Virus genome (UHGV): UHGV-0382895
DNA: 40,005 nt
Reading direction: 5' to 3' (one strand)
DNA from: a virus
The first letter of the stretch is position 1. The number at the start of each line of letters is the position of its first letter. The translations under genes and the position numbers were made by a program. The notes beneath the pieces are model-generated. The model did not search any database and had not been told where the DNA came from. It saw only the letters and a list, made by a program, of their open reading frames with translations. This document shows, in pieces, positions 7,229-17,024 of the stretch.

Positions 7229-9321
7229 TTCACCGTCACCTCCGCCGTGATTTTCCTTCTTGAAAATTTAAAATCCAGCTTTGTTATATTCCCTGTCATC
7301 GTCCCCCGGAACCCGGTCGCCACGTTCACACGGTTACCCAGTTCCTGGTCGTTGATGGTGGCCCGGAAGCTGATGCTTTCATTGCTGCTGTAATACCGGT
7401 ACACCCTGTCAAGCACCGCCTGGGCATTCTGGGATGTTACCAGCGTGGCGTCCTTGACCTCGGCAATGTTCTTATTCTGGGTGACGTTCGGGTTCTCCTT
7501 CAACATAGAAACAGTGCTGTGGTTATATTTAAGTCCGGTCAGGACCGCCTCGTTACCTGCTCCGGTTATGTATGCATAATTGTCCCCATGGCCACCCAGC
7601 GTCCCCCCGGTTATGGACAGGCTGTGGTAAGGCTCGGAAAACTCTATCTTGGTTGTCCCGGTCAGGATGCCCTTGTACAGCTGCGCCGATTCCATTCCCC
7701 GGTCATAGCTGTGTGCATACAACCGGATGCCGGTTATGATGTCACTGTGCTCCACCGACAGGCCCAGCCGGATGTCTCTGGCCGTGAACTCACCGGTGAC
7801 CTCGGTCTGTTGTGGATATATGTACAGCTGCCGGTCGTAACTGGTATCCACCAGGGCACCGATGGCAAAAGCCAGCTGCTGCAGTGCCACACGTTTCGTA
7901 CATATCGGCAGATACCCGCTTACCCTCGTATCAACATAGGTATCATCCAAAAAATATGTGATACCCTCACCTGCCATAATGCTGCTCAGGATGTCTGACA
8001 CTGGGGCAGCATCATATATTCCGCCCATGAACTGGTTATTGTCCAGGATTCCCACTGCGTCCTGCGTCTCCACGGAATAACGTTTTGCCCCCAGCTGCTT
8101 ACCGTCCTTCAGGTAATATATCCCCAGGATTGCCTCGTCAAAATACAACGTCTGCTTCTGACGCTTCTGGAACTCAAATGCGTAATCGGACCTGCTCCGG
8201 ATGGTATAATCCATGGTGTTGATGCTTACCTCCTCGGATATGGGGCTCAGGTCCATCAGGCAGCTGATGTCCTCTATCTCATCATCCTTGAATACCCGGA
8301 TAAGCCCCCAGATAATCCCTGTCAGGAATACATTCCGGTGTGGCTTACTTGTCTGCCGGAATGTAACGACCACCCGGTTATAATAATCCACGATGCCATA
8401 GCAGAAATAGTCCGGGCCATCCGGGCAATAGTCCTGGTCTGACAGCAGCTTGTCATCCCTGTACCATCTTATATTGACCTTGCTGCAGTAATCCCCGGAA
8501 TAATCATTGAATCTAAGGGTTATCCCCACGCTGGAATGGTTTTGCCCAAACATAAATGTCAACGCTGGCGGGACCGCGAACACCCCATCGGCGCCCGATA
8601 TGCTGTCACTTACGTATCCCATGTCATCCAGGGTATCCGGCGCATTGGTATAGCTGCCATCCATCCTGGCGTACCTGGGAAGGCACATGGCATAATCCGG
8701 GAACTCCACCCCGGTCCTCAGGTCCTGCAGGTCAACGTAGTGGTCCTTATCATCGGACGATGCCACGCTGTCCTCTGCGGCCCCCAGGGCAATGTCATCG
8801 TAGACAATCTTAAGCCCACCTGCGTCCGTCATCCTCTGGTTCTTCAGCACGGACAGCCACAGGTAACGGTATGGACGGCTGGTCTTAAGGTACGTGATGA
8901 CCAGCTGGTTAAACAGCGGCACCTTGGCCCGGCAGAAGTACTCCACCCCATCCGGTTCAAACTCCTGCTCCTGGACCAGTTCCGCATCCTTGTACCAGGC
9001 AATCCTCAGATGGCTGGCATAGTCCCCGGATACCCGGTTGAACACCATGGACACGCCATTGCTGGTCTTAAGCCGGTCAAAGGTGACCGTTATTACCGGC
9101 GGCGCCCCAAAGGCCCCATCCTGGCCACTCAGGGCCGTGCTGATGTACCCGTTCTTACCACCCGGGATTGCATCCGGGGTATTCGCATAGGTCCCGTCCA
9201 GCCTCGCATACCGCGGCAGGCAGTAGGCATAGGGCGGTAGGTTCTGTTCAAAACTGGTCAGGTCATCCACGGATGAGTACGGCTGCTGTCCGTTGGTCCC
9301 TACCCTTATGTCCCATTTCAA
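7225..9321 (-). CDS. Tail tip or baseplate protein (Tal-like), 698 aa, with two tandem duplicated N-terminal domains of about 150 aa
   Basis: Lies two genes after the tape measure. Internal duplication NLPPYAYCLPRYARLDGTYANTPD... versus EFPDYAMCLPRYARMDGSYTNAPD..., followed by a distinct C-terminal domain. Confidence 0.6.
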   Translation of the reverse strand: MKWDIRVGTNGQQPYSSVDDLTSFEQNLPPYAYCLPRYARLDGTYANTPDAIPGGKNGYISTALSGQDGAFGAPPVITVTFDRLKTSNGVSMVFNRVSGDYASHLRIAWYKDAELVQEQEFEPDGVEYFCRAKVPLFNQLVITYLKTSRPYRYLWLSVLKNQRMTDAGGLKIVYDDIALGAAEDSVASSDDKDHYVDLQDLRTGVEFPDYAMCLPRYARMDGSYTNAPDTLDDMGYVSDSISGADGVFAVPPALTFMFGQNHSSVGITLRFNDYSGDYCSKVNIRWYRDDKLLSDQDYCPDGPDYFCYGIVDYYNRVVVTFRQTSKPHRNVFLTGIIWGLIRVFKDDEIEDISCLMDLSPISEEVSINTMDYTIRSRSDYAFEFQKRQKQTLYFDEAILGIYYLKDGKQLGAKRYSVETQDAVGILDNNQFMGGIYDAAPVSDILSSIMAGEGITYFLDDTYVDTRVSGYLPICTKRVALQQLAFAIGALVDTSYDRQLYIYPQQTEVTGEFTARDIRLGLSVEHSDIITGIRLYAHSYDRGMESAQLYKGILTGTTKIEFSEPYHSLSITGGTLGGHGDNYAYITGAGNEAVLTGLKYNHSTVSMLKENPNVTQNKNIAEVKDATLVTSQNAQAVLDRVYRYYSSNESISFRATINDQELGNRVNVATGFRGTMTGNITKLDFKFSRRKITAEVTVK

Positions 9322-9324
9322 TCC

Positions 9325-9723
9325 TTACCGCCTCCTCTGTGGCTCCATTGCCGTAAAATTCAGGGACAGGCCATCCATGCCCCAGATATTCCTACCGTTC
9401 CTTATCCGCAGCTTATCCTTCCCCTGGCTGACATAAGCCTGGAAGGTCAATGTCTCCTGGCCGTAGGGGAAGGTCATCTCATGGCTCGCGTAGTTCGGGT
9501 CGGATATGATGTTGTAGAACGCATCATAGGATGCCAGGTCATCCGTCTTGGGGTAGATTTTCATTGCATAGTTATAGAAGGTCCCTATGATGTCCCTGTC
9601 CATGGTGTAATCCATGGTACGTCCGGACTGCTCGGAATCCGTGACGGCAAAGCTGCGTTCCAGTGAATCCTTCTCCACCTCAACGTTATAGGCCTTACCG
9701 TCCAGCAAGAATACATTATCCAT
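9325..9723 (-). CDS. Small distal tail protein candidate, 132 aa
   Basis: Immediately 3' of the tape measure gene; stop and start abut. Confidence 0.45.
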   Translation of the reverse strand: MDNVFLLDGKAYNVEVEKDSLERSFAVTDSEQSGRTMDYTMDRDIIGTFYNYAMKIYPKTDDLASYDAFYNIISDPNYASHEMTFPYGQETLTFQAYVSQGKDKLRIRNGRNIWGMDGLSLNFTAMEPQRRR

Positions 9724-9724
9724 A

Positions 9725-12700
9725 TCAACCTCCTACGATTACCAGGCTCACGCCCTTGCGGGCCGCCTCCCTGTCAAGTTCCGGTTTAAGCACCCGTGCC
9801 AGCGCGGCCAGGTTCCCGGTCAGGTTCAGGACAATCTGTATCGGCCTGTTCCCTTCCGCCTGCAGCCGGCTTATCATCTCATCCATCCTGGCCACCAGAT
9901 ACCCCAGCGTCTCCTCCTGGCCATATCCTGCCGTGTTCCTCATGCCTGTGGACATTTCTCCGGCGCGTGGTGGGACAACCGTCCCCCTGGCCATCCTGGG
10001 CAGGTACGATGCCGCATTAGGGATGTTTATGCCGATTGGAAGCTGTACCTCAACCCCGTCAAATACATCCAGTACTCCATCCAGCCATTTCTGGACCGTG
10101 CTCCTGGATGATGCTGCCATAGCACTGATGCCATCGTTAAATCCGCGTACCACATACTCTGCAATACCATAGAACTCCTTGGACGGTGAGTTGATGTCAA
10201 ACTCTTCCTCGGCCTCCTTCATGGCCTCACGTGCCCACTTTTTAATAGCGGACTTTGCCATGTAGGAAAAGTCAGAGATACCATTAGCAAAGCCCTCATT
10301 GATTCTTTTAGCCATATTGTAAAAGGCCGCATACATCCCTCCGGTCCCTTCCAGGTCACTGTCTCCCCAGAACCACTCCCGCACATTTTTAGCCCAGGCC
10401 TCCATGGGTGACTGGGTCTCGGTATGGCTGTCGTCAATCTTGGTCTTGAACGCCTGGATGACGAGGTCCGCGAACTTCGTCCAGGACAGTTCATTCACGC
10501 CCTGCACCTCAGTATCCCCCACGAACCACTTCCGGACATTCTCCGCCCAGGTCTCCATGACTCCCTGGGATTGGGAATAGTTTTTATTGACAGTATTATT
10601 GAAGCCCCCCATAATACTGGTGGCCCACTTCTTGGACTCCGTGGAATCCCCGGTACTGATCCCGAATTTTTCCGAAAACCAGCTGGCCACACCGGATGCC
10701 CAGGACTTCACTACGTTCTGGGATGCGGTCTGTTCGTTGGTCACGCCCTGGTTGAATCCTGCTACCGTGTTGGAGCCGATACCGGCCAGGACGGTGGATG
10801 GGCTATGGATGCCCAGCAGGCTCTTGACGCCTTTCACGAATGGGTCCGTGATATGTTGTTTAATGAATGCACCTGGATTTGAAAAAAATTCTTTTATGCC
10901 GTTGCAGAATCCATCCCATAGGTACTGCCCCATGCCGGCCATGACCGTTGAAGGGCTGTGGATGCCGAAGGCACTTTTGAATGCATCCATGAATGGCTTG
11001 AAGACATTGGTCTGTACCCAGGTCCCCACAGCCTTCATGGCATCCATGATACCTTTGAAGATTCCGTCCACAACATTGCCGCCACACTCCTCAATCTTAC
11101 CCTGGAAATATTCCTTTGCGGCAACCACACCATCTGAAATCAAACCTCCTATGATGGCGCCGATACCACCCAGCGCAGCTCCTATTACTGCAAAGAGTCT
11201 ATTGGCAACCGTTGTCCAATCAATGTGCTCCAACGCTGTGGCCACGCCATCACCAAATGCCCACCAGTCCGTTTCCGTGATAAACGTCACAAGGGCATTT
11301 AAGATTCCTATCACAATGTCGCTGATGGCTGTTCCGGCTCCCGCCCAGTCAAAGGTCTGGAAAAACGTACTTAGGCTGGTTGCGAGCTGTGTACCAAATT
11401 CAACCCAATCGAACGTGGCCGCGAATTCCCCCAGGGTTCTGAAGGCTGCGTTCAGGCCGGCCGCAAAAAGATATCCCAGCTGTGCCCAGTCAATCTGGCC
11501 TGTGAGGCCCATGAGGCAGGTCGCTATGGCAGTACCTATCGCCCCCCAATCTACAGCCAGCACGAATCCCAGTAGGCCGGATATCTTGGCCTGGAAGAAG
11601 GCACCTATTGTGGCGCCGAACAGATTCCAGTCAACCGTATCAATCATCCCCATCAGGCCTATCCCCAGCGCATTGCCCAGCATGAACCAGTCAATCTGCG
11701 TGAGTAACAGATAAAGGGTATTGGCCAGGGTGTTGATGCCGGTACCGAACATGATGCCGATGGCATACCAATCGATAGTAGATACAAGGCTGTTAAACAG
11801 GGTCGTGAAGGCTGTCACGAATGCGGTTATCTGCGCCCCGATGTTATCCCAGCTGATGAACTGCGTGAAGCCCTGTACCGCCTCGTTGATTTTCTGGCCA
11901 ATCAGCTGGCCGATGCCTTCCCAGTCCCCGGCTGCGAACATCTCCTTCAGCTGGTTAGCAAAATCACTGATGCCCTGGTCAATACCGACTGTCTCAAACA
12001 TATCGGATGGGCTGGCTCCACCTCCTCCGCCTCCGGATGCATCCGCGCCCTGCTGCTGTATCTGTACAAGGTCATCAAATGGTGCCAGGGCTTTCTTTGC
12101 ATCCTTTCCAGCCTGTTTGGCGGCGCCTCCTGTGGATTTTAGACTTTTCGCATAATCCTCGTTAGCCTTTTTGGCCCGCACGAATGTACCCCCACCGCCC
12201 AGCGCGGAAAAGAACTGGTTGATATAGCCCACTGCTGTGGCCAGGAGGTTTATCAACGTATTAAGAACCGGAGCCACAATCGAGAGGATAGGTGCGAATG
12301 CCGCCGCAAAACTATTCTTGAGATAGGTCATTCCGGACATCAGGTTGGACATGGACTGGTTCGCGCTATCTGAATACTGCACCAGGTTCTGCATGCCTTC
12401 CTTAACACCCTGGATGGCCGCCCTCATGGCCATACGGATGAGCATGAGTTTGAACATGTTGGACAGTTTCAGGATGCTCTGACTTACCTTATTTGAGGAT
12501 TTACCCAGCCCTTTCAGGCTGGATACTGCCTGTTTTGCCTTATTGGCCAGTCCCTTCCCCAATGACTTCCCGAAATTCAAGACCGCCCGGGTAGCGGATG
12601 AGAATGTACTCTTTACAATCCCGGGTATCTTCGATAGTTCCCTTTTGGCAGATACCGGTATCTGACCGAATGCCTGTGGCACATTTTTAAATGCATTCAG

Positions 12701-13270
12701 GATTGACTCCTTGACACCTACATATCCCTGGGCTTGTTCCGCACCTTGGTTGGAGACTTCCGACACAGCCTGCTCCGCTTCTGCCGCGTCCTGCTGCAGT
12801 TCATTTATAGCCATACCGGCCTGGTTGCCATATTGTCCGATTGCATCAGACCACCTGTGGATTTCCGAGGCCGCATCCCCGAATACCGCCGCCATAGCCT
12901 TAGGGTCATAATTAAGGGATTCCGCACTTGTCGGTGCTGAAACGGGCGCGGATTGGGCCGTATCGGATGCAGTATCCTGCATGGTGTGGACACTTATGGC
13001 ATCCATCTGTTCCTGCAGCGACTTGACATGCTTTGCAGACTCATCGGCTGCAGTCCCAACAGATTCCACTGCATCTGATGTTGTATTGGCACTTTGGGCA
13101 GTTTCAGCCATTGCCTGTCCTGCCCCATTGAACCGGTTAAGGATGTTGGAGGACAATCCATCTACGGCCTTGGTAAGCCGGTCCATTGCCTTGGTAAGCG
13201 TGGATATCCCACCATCGAAACCATCTGTATTTATCTTTGTGTCAAATGTCAGGCTACCGTCTGCTGCCAT
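9725..13270 (-). CDS. Tail tape measure protein, 1181 aa
   Basis: Size and position. Two IHSPSTV[ML]AG motifs. Nine periodic hydrophobic repeats with a DW..G motif. Three repeats of [SEA]WA.NVR[KE]WF.GD. Confidence 0.9.
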   Translation of the reverse strand: MAADGSLTFDTKINTDGFDGGISTLTKAMDRLTKAVDGLSSNILNRFNGAGQAMAETAQSANTTSDAVESVGTAADESAKHVKSLQEQMDAISVHTMQDTASDTAQSAPVSAPTSAESLNYDPKAMAAVFGDAASEIHRWSDAIGQYGNQAGMAINELQQDAAEAEQAVSEVSNQGAEQAQGYVGVKESILNAFKNVPQAFGQIPVSAKRELSKIPGIVKSTFSSATRAVLNFGKSLGKGLANKAKQAVSSLKGLGKSSNKVSQSILKLSNMFKLMLIRMAMRAAIQGVKEGMQNLVQYSDSANQSMSNLMSGMTYLKNSFAAAFAPILSIVAPVLNTLINLLATAVGYINQFFSALGGGGTFVRAKKANEDYAKSLKSTGGAAKQAGKDAKKALAPFDDLVQIQQQGADASGGGGGGASPSDMFETVGIDQGISDFANQLKEMFAAGDWEGIGQLIGQKINEAVQGFTQFISWDNIGAQITAFVTAFTTLFNSLVSTIDWYAIGIMFGTGINTLANTLYLLLTQIDWFMLGNALGIGLMGMIDTVDWNLFGATIGAFFQAKISGLLGFVLAVDWGAIGTAIATCLMGLTGQIDWAQLGYLFAAGLNAAFRTLGEFAATFDWVEFGTQLATSLSTFFQTFDWAGAGTAISDIVIGILNALVTFITETDWWAFGDGVATALEHIDWTTVANRLFAVIGAALGGIGAIIGGLISDGVVAAKEYFQGKIEECGGNVVDGIFKGIMDAMKAVGTWVQTNVFKPFMDAFKSAFGIHSPSTVMAGMGQYLWDGFCNGIKEFFSNPGAFIKQHITDPFVKGVKSLLGIHSPSTVLAGIGSNTVAGFNQGVTNEQTASQNVVKSWASGVASWFSEKFGISTGDSTESKKWATSIMGGFNNTVNKNYSQSQGVMETWAENVRKWFVGDTEVQGVNELSWTKFADLVIQAFKTKIDDSHTETQSPMEAWAKNVREWFWGDSDLEGTGGMYAAFYNMAKRINEGFANGISDFSYMAKSAIKKWAREAMKEAEEEFDINSPSKEFYGIAEYVVRGFNDGISAMAASSRSTVQKWLDGVLDVFDGVEVQLPIGINIPNAASYLPRMARGTVVPPRAGEMSTGMRNTAGYGQEETLGYLVARMDEMISRLQAEGNRPIQIVLNLTGNLAALARVLKPELDREAARKGVSLVIVGG

Positions 13271-13318
13271 GCCGCCACCTCCTGTCCAGGCATAAAAATA
13301 GGACGCCCATCCGGCATC

Positions 13319-13882
13319 CTAACCCAATAAGTTATTCCAATAATCAATCTCCGCCTGTTCCTCTTCGGTATACCGTTTCCGGATGTTACAGAGCTTCCTG
13401 TTATTCCGGTAAAACTCCTGTTCCCACTTTTCCAGCTTCTTACCCTTGGCCCTCTTCTGCCTGATGCCCAGGACCGTGGAAAAAGTACCCTCTTCTATCT
13501 CCATGAAATACCCTGAGAACGTCCACCAATGGATGTATGGGGCCGCCCTGGTCTCCATCCCAGCAACCTTATTGATTGCCGGGAACAGGATGGGCTCGTC
13601 CTGTTCCCAGTCCATCACCTTCCTTGCCGGCTTCTTATCGTCATCCTCCTGGCCGCAGTCCACGAACCACTTGGCCTGTAGGATGGCTTCCTCCATATGC
13701 TCCTGCGGTATCCGGTCAAAGCCATCCCGGTACAGGCGCTTCATGAGGATTTCCAGCTTCTCGGCGGGAGAAAGTTCCGGGTCACTACAGGCGGCCAGGA
13801 ATACAAGGATATTGCGGTAATCGGTTTCAATGGGATAGCTTACCCCGCCCACGTCAAGTCCTGTCGGTAACCGGCCAATCAT
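13319..13882 (-). CDS. Tail assembly protein (Gp15 / gpT-like)
   Basis: 187-aa ORF between the chaperone and the tape measure. Overlaps the upstream gene by 4 nt (ATGA). Confidence 0.55.
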   Translation of the reverse strand: MIGRLPTGLDVGGVSYPIETDYRNILVFLAACSDPELSPAEKLEILMKRLYRDGFDRIPQEHMEEAILQAKWFVDCGQEDDDKKPARKVMDWEQDEPILFPAINKVAGMETRAAPYIHWWTFSGYFMEIEEGTFSTVLGIRQKRAKGKKLEKWEQEFYRNNRKLCNIRKRYTEEEQAEIDYWNNLLG

Positions 13883-14328
13883 TGCCCTATGTCCTCCAGG
13901 TACTTCCTGGATTTTTCCCGGTTCTTCCTGGCATACTCCTCGACAGCGGGCCGCATCAGCACAAGCAGGCCATCCAGCACGCCTTCATACAGGTATTTCT
14001 GGCCAACAATGCATAAAGGGGATTGCCCCGCGAAAATCGTGTCATATACATCTGACAGGAAGATGCCGTTGAACGCCTTACGCATCTCCCCGGAGAACTC
14101 AGCCACGTATGCACCGTCCCTTTCCATATCGCTTTTAGGGGTTCCATCTGGATTCAGTTCAATCCCCTCTGGGGGACTGTAATCCTTAAAATGCCTCTGT
14201 ACATCCAGCACACGGTTGATGATTTCCGGGTCCGCCGGGTTGAACCGGATAATCCGCGTCGGGTCGTCATTTACCGCGAAGCTCTCATAGCCATCATCAA
14301 ACAACAGGCTCTTCATCTTCTTTGCCAT
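13879..14328 (-). CDS. Tail assembly chaperone (gpG-like)
   Basis: 149-aa acidic protein between the major tail gene and the Gp15-like gene. Confidence 0.5.
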   Translation of the reverse strand: MAKKMKSLLFDDGYESFAVNDDPTRIIRFNPADPEIINRVLDVQRHFKDYSPPEGIELNPDGTPKSDMERDGAYVAEFSGEMRKAFNGIFLSDVYDTIFAGQSPLCIVGQKYLYEGVLDGLLVLMRPAVEEYARKNREKSRKYLEDIGQ

Positions 14329-14392
14329 CAGGTTTTACCTCCTCTTCCTTGATTTCCGCCGGCGGCACAGAATCTGCCGCCGGCATTGCCCT

Positions 14393-14929
14393 TCATTCAT
14401 TTGCTGTAAAGGTCTTTGTGGCAAGTACAAACTTACCCTTAACCCTGTTTCCAGTATGATGAACATTGAATGGAATCTGGTATCCCGTAGTATCCCCGCC
14501 ATAACTGGATACTTCAATGATTGCATCTTCCTTATACGCCACATAGGTACCTTCCGCTGATTCAACTGGTTCCCAGAGATGTACCTCCACCACACTGGTC
14601 TTAAGGTCATCCAGGGTCTGCCGTTCGTCCACGATGCCCTGCAGACGGTCAAACAACGGCTCCCCAATCTCAGCATAGTACGGGTCGGCGGATGCCTGGG
14701 GCTGGTAGCTGTCCAGGTTGACGGATGTCTCTCCCCAGATATTGTTTTTGGTTTCCACATTGGCATTCATTTCTACAACGTACTCTTCCAGGTCCTTGCC
14801 CAGGCGGCTGTACTCAGCCTTGCTGGCAGACGGGAGGGCTGCATCGATAAAGTGCGCCATCCATTTCCTTTTAATCTTTCCAGCCGCAGGGATTGATTCC
14901 GCGAACAGCTGCAGTTCCATTTTATGCAT
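14393..14929 (-). CDS. Major tail protein
   Basis: 178-aa ORF at the canonical position before the chaperones. Start probably at the internal MELQLF. Confidence 0.6.
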   Translation of the reverse strand: MHKMELQLFAESIPAAGKIKRKWMAHFIDAALPSASKAEYSRLGKDLEEYVVEMNANVETKNNIWGETSVNLDSYQPQASADPYYAEIGEPLFDRLQGIVDERQTLDDLKTSVVEVHLWEPVESAEGTYVAYKEDAIIEVSSYGGDTTGYQIPFNVHHTGNRVKGKFVLATKTFTANE

Positions 14930-15381
14930 TACAAGTCCTCGCTTTCTATTTTGTAGGTCACCTGTATCTGTATCTGGTACAGGATCCCATCGTTAACTGT
15001 CTCACCCATGGGCTGCATGGCCATCGCATTAGATGTAGTGGCCTTTATGAATCTTGCTTCCAGCTCCTGGTTTCCGATATTGGCTACAAGCCCATCCTCC
15101 TCAGGCAGCTGCTCCAGCCAGTATCCCAGTTCCAGGAGGAAATTGCTGTTGACCAGCCGGCAGTAATCCGTGAAGGATGGGGCCACTGCGTACATTACGA
15201 AATTGTGGCGCCGTGTCTGGTTCCCCAGCATGTCCTCCTTGACCAGGCTGTCCCCATTGCTGGACAGGCCATAACTGGAGCCCGGCTCCGTAAAGTCCAC
15301 ATGGATATCCCCATCGACCAGGAACTCCGATATCTTCGGATACTCTGTTAGTTTCTGCCTCATGAAATCTATGATTGTCAA
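14929..15381 (-). CDS. Tail completion or head-tail joining protein
   Basis: 150 aa, packed ORF in the head-tail region. Confidence 0.5.
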   Translation of the reverse strand: MTIIDFMRQKLTEYPKISEFLVDGDIHVDFTEPGSSYGLSSNGDSLVKEDMLGNQTRRHNFVMYAVAPSFTDYCRLVNSNFLLELGYWLEQLPEEDGLVANIGNQELEARFIKATTSNAMAMQPMGETVNDGILYQIQIQVTYKIESEDL

Positions 15382-15840
15382 TTACTTCCCTCCTCTGCCT
15401 ATCAGCTCCTGAGCTGCCTGTAGTATGTCATCCTTATGGTCGGCCTTCATACGGTCGAACCACTTCTTGCCACGCATGGGTGCACCGGCATAGGCCAGTT
15501 CCCGGTCCGTAGGGACTTTTATCTCGTTTTTCTTTGCCCAAGGGCTGCCTGTTGTCGGCGATACATACAGGATGCCCTCATGCAGGTAATGGGCATAAGG
15601 TCCTGGGGTGTCAATCTGCCCTGAGCCAATCACCGTCGACAGCACCATCATATGTGCCAACTCCCCAGCCTGTCTGCGCGGCATATAATCCACCACATAT
15701 CTCATGCACTCATTATCTATTAGCTTCTGAACACTCCCACCAATTTGAAGCCCATTACGCTTGAGCAACTCCTCTGTTGATAGCGTCTCCAGTTTCACAT
15801 CCATGGTCCCACCTCCTACTTGCCTTATCATCCCCCTCAC
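15382..15840 (-). CDS. Head-tail joining protein (HK97 gp10-like)
   Basis: 152 aa, packed ORF. Confidence 0.5.
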   Translation of the reverse strand: MRGMIRQVGGGTMDVKLETLSTEELLKRNGLQIGGSVQKLIDNECMRYVVDYMPRRQAGELAHMMVLSTVIGSGQIDTPGPYAHYLHEGILYVSPTTGSPWAKKNEIKVPTDRELAYAGAPMRGKKWFDRMKADHKDDILQAAQELIGRGGK

Positions 15841-15899
15841 CTTATACTGTACTTACAGGCGTTGCAGCGCCGAGTATAATGAAGGGAGGAAGTTTTAAC

Positions 15900-16112
15900 A
15901 TGATTGAGCAATCCACCCGACTCTATCACTGTCATAAACTCAAAAAGAATGTCCATATTTTTGAAGATTATGAAGTTATCAACGGGACTCGTACCCTATT
16001 GCGCTGTTCATGTCCAAATTACAGGGGCATGGCGGCTGACGGGCGCAAATGTAATGGTCTAGATGATTATGACCAGCCGTGTGGCTATTCGGAATATCCA
16101 AAAAGTCAATGA
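15900..16112 (+). CDS. Alternative antisense small Cys-rich ORF (70 aa) with its own promoter and RBS; only one of this and 15979..16245 is likely real
   Basis: RBS AAGGGAGGAAG about 7 nt before the ATG at 15900. Upstream CTTACA-17-TATAAT at 15852-15880. Confidence 0.3.
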   Translation: MIEQSTRLYHCHKLKKNVHIFEDYEVINGTRTLLRCSCPNYRGMAADGRKCNGLDDYDQPCGYSEYPKSQ

Positions 16113-16245
16113 CCTTTTCCATCATACCATCATTACATTCACATGGCGGTGTATAACAGTAAAGGCGTAAACAGCACTTCGTACAGTCAGCTTTTTCTTG
16201 TATGCAGTGCTGTTTAATTGCCCTGTAAAACTCAATTTGTTCCAT
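15979..16245 (-). CDS. Cys/His-rich small protein (about 88 aa, 10 Cys), possibly zinc-binding. Unusual insert in the head-tail module
   Basis: GGAGG RBS overlaps the TAG of the upstream adaptor gene; start at the second ATG (16245). Lies in an AT-rich island of about 420 bp. Confidence 0.4.
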   Translation of the reverse strand: MEQIEFYRAIKQHCIQEKADCTKCCLRLYCYTPPCECNDGMMEKVIDFLDIPNSHTAGHNHLDHYICARQPPCPCNLDMNSAIGYESR

Positions 16246-16257
16246 GCTCATTGCCTC

Positions 16258-16638
16258 CTACTTGCAGGCCAGTTCATAATGCTGCACTGACTCACTGCCA
16301 TATAGCCGTTCATCTACCGTGACCACAGTAAGGAATCCATGGGCAACCTTGAAGGCTGCCAGTGACTTCGACATGGCCTCCTGGCTGCTGCAGTCTATCC
16401 CATCCTCAATAATACCCTTTACAACCAGGTCCTTACCCTGTGTCAGTTTTATGGGGCCGTCCAGGCTTTCCAGTGGGATGACCAGGAGGACGGATGTGCC
16501 GTCCCGCTGGCCAGTCTTAAGATAGGTGGACTGTCTCACATCCTCCCAGTACACACCCTCTATGGGCATCCTGGTGTACTTCTCGGCCTTCCCTTCCTTA
16601 CCATACAGGTACAGTGTCACATCCACATTGGTATACAT
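16258..16638 (-). CDS. Head-tail adaptor or head closure protein
   Basis: 126 aa, packed ORF. Confidence 0.5.
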   Translation of the reverse strand: MYTNVDVTLYLYGKEGKAEKYTRMPIEGVYWEDVRQSTYLKTGQRDGTSVLLVIPLESLDGPIKLTQGKDLVVKGIIEDGIDCSSQEAMSKSLAAFKVAHGFLTVVTVDERLYGSESVQHYELACK

Positions 16639-16639
16639 A

Positions 16640-17011
16640 TCACACCCCCTGGTAACACAGGCCGGTATCCGCCAGCCATTTCATGATGATGTTACGCTGT
16701 TCCCTTCTGGTTGCCGCGGCAGATTCCTGGGCGCTGACAAAGCTGACTGAATAAGTGCCATTCTTCTCCGATGTCTTCCCTCCGGATTCCTTCTGCTGCT
16801 TCTCCATACGGTACTCGGATTCCGCCAGTTCACAGCAGCACATCTGTACCTCATCTGGGATTTCTACCACATCCTTCAGGCGGTTGAATGTATACCGGTC
16901 AATGACCTGGCTGGCACTACGCGCATAAAAAGGGAAGCCAGTTGTGATGACCGGCTTCCTCCCCTTCAGGTAATCGTTGATATAGTACATTTCGTCAGTG
17001 TATGCCTGCAT
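16640..17011 (-). CDS. Head-tail connector (gp6-like) protein; likely start at the internal Met with an AAGGAGG RBS
   Basis: Track ORF is 16640..17047. Met13 at 17011 has a consensus RBS. Confidence 0.5.
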   Translation of the reverse strand: MQAYTDEMYYINDYLKGRKPVITTGFPFYARSASQVIDRYTFNRLKDVVEIPDEVQMCCCELAESEYRMEKQQKESGGKTSEKNGTYSVSFVSAQESAAATRREQRNIIMKWLADTGLCYQGV

Positions 17012-17024
17012 CAGCCAATCCTCC

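Noticed and set aside
10587-11714. 375-aa plus-strand ORF, and other long plus ORFs inside the TMP, fiber, MuF and DUF3102 genes (for example 2935..3408, 8536..9240, 19670..20404, 27211..27819)
   Set aside because: All lie antisense within well supported, syntenic minus-strand structural genes. They are Pro/Ser/Ala-rich low-complexity translations typical of antisense frames, with no RBS context.
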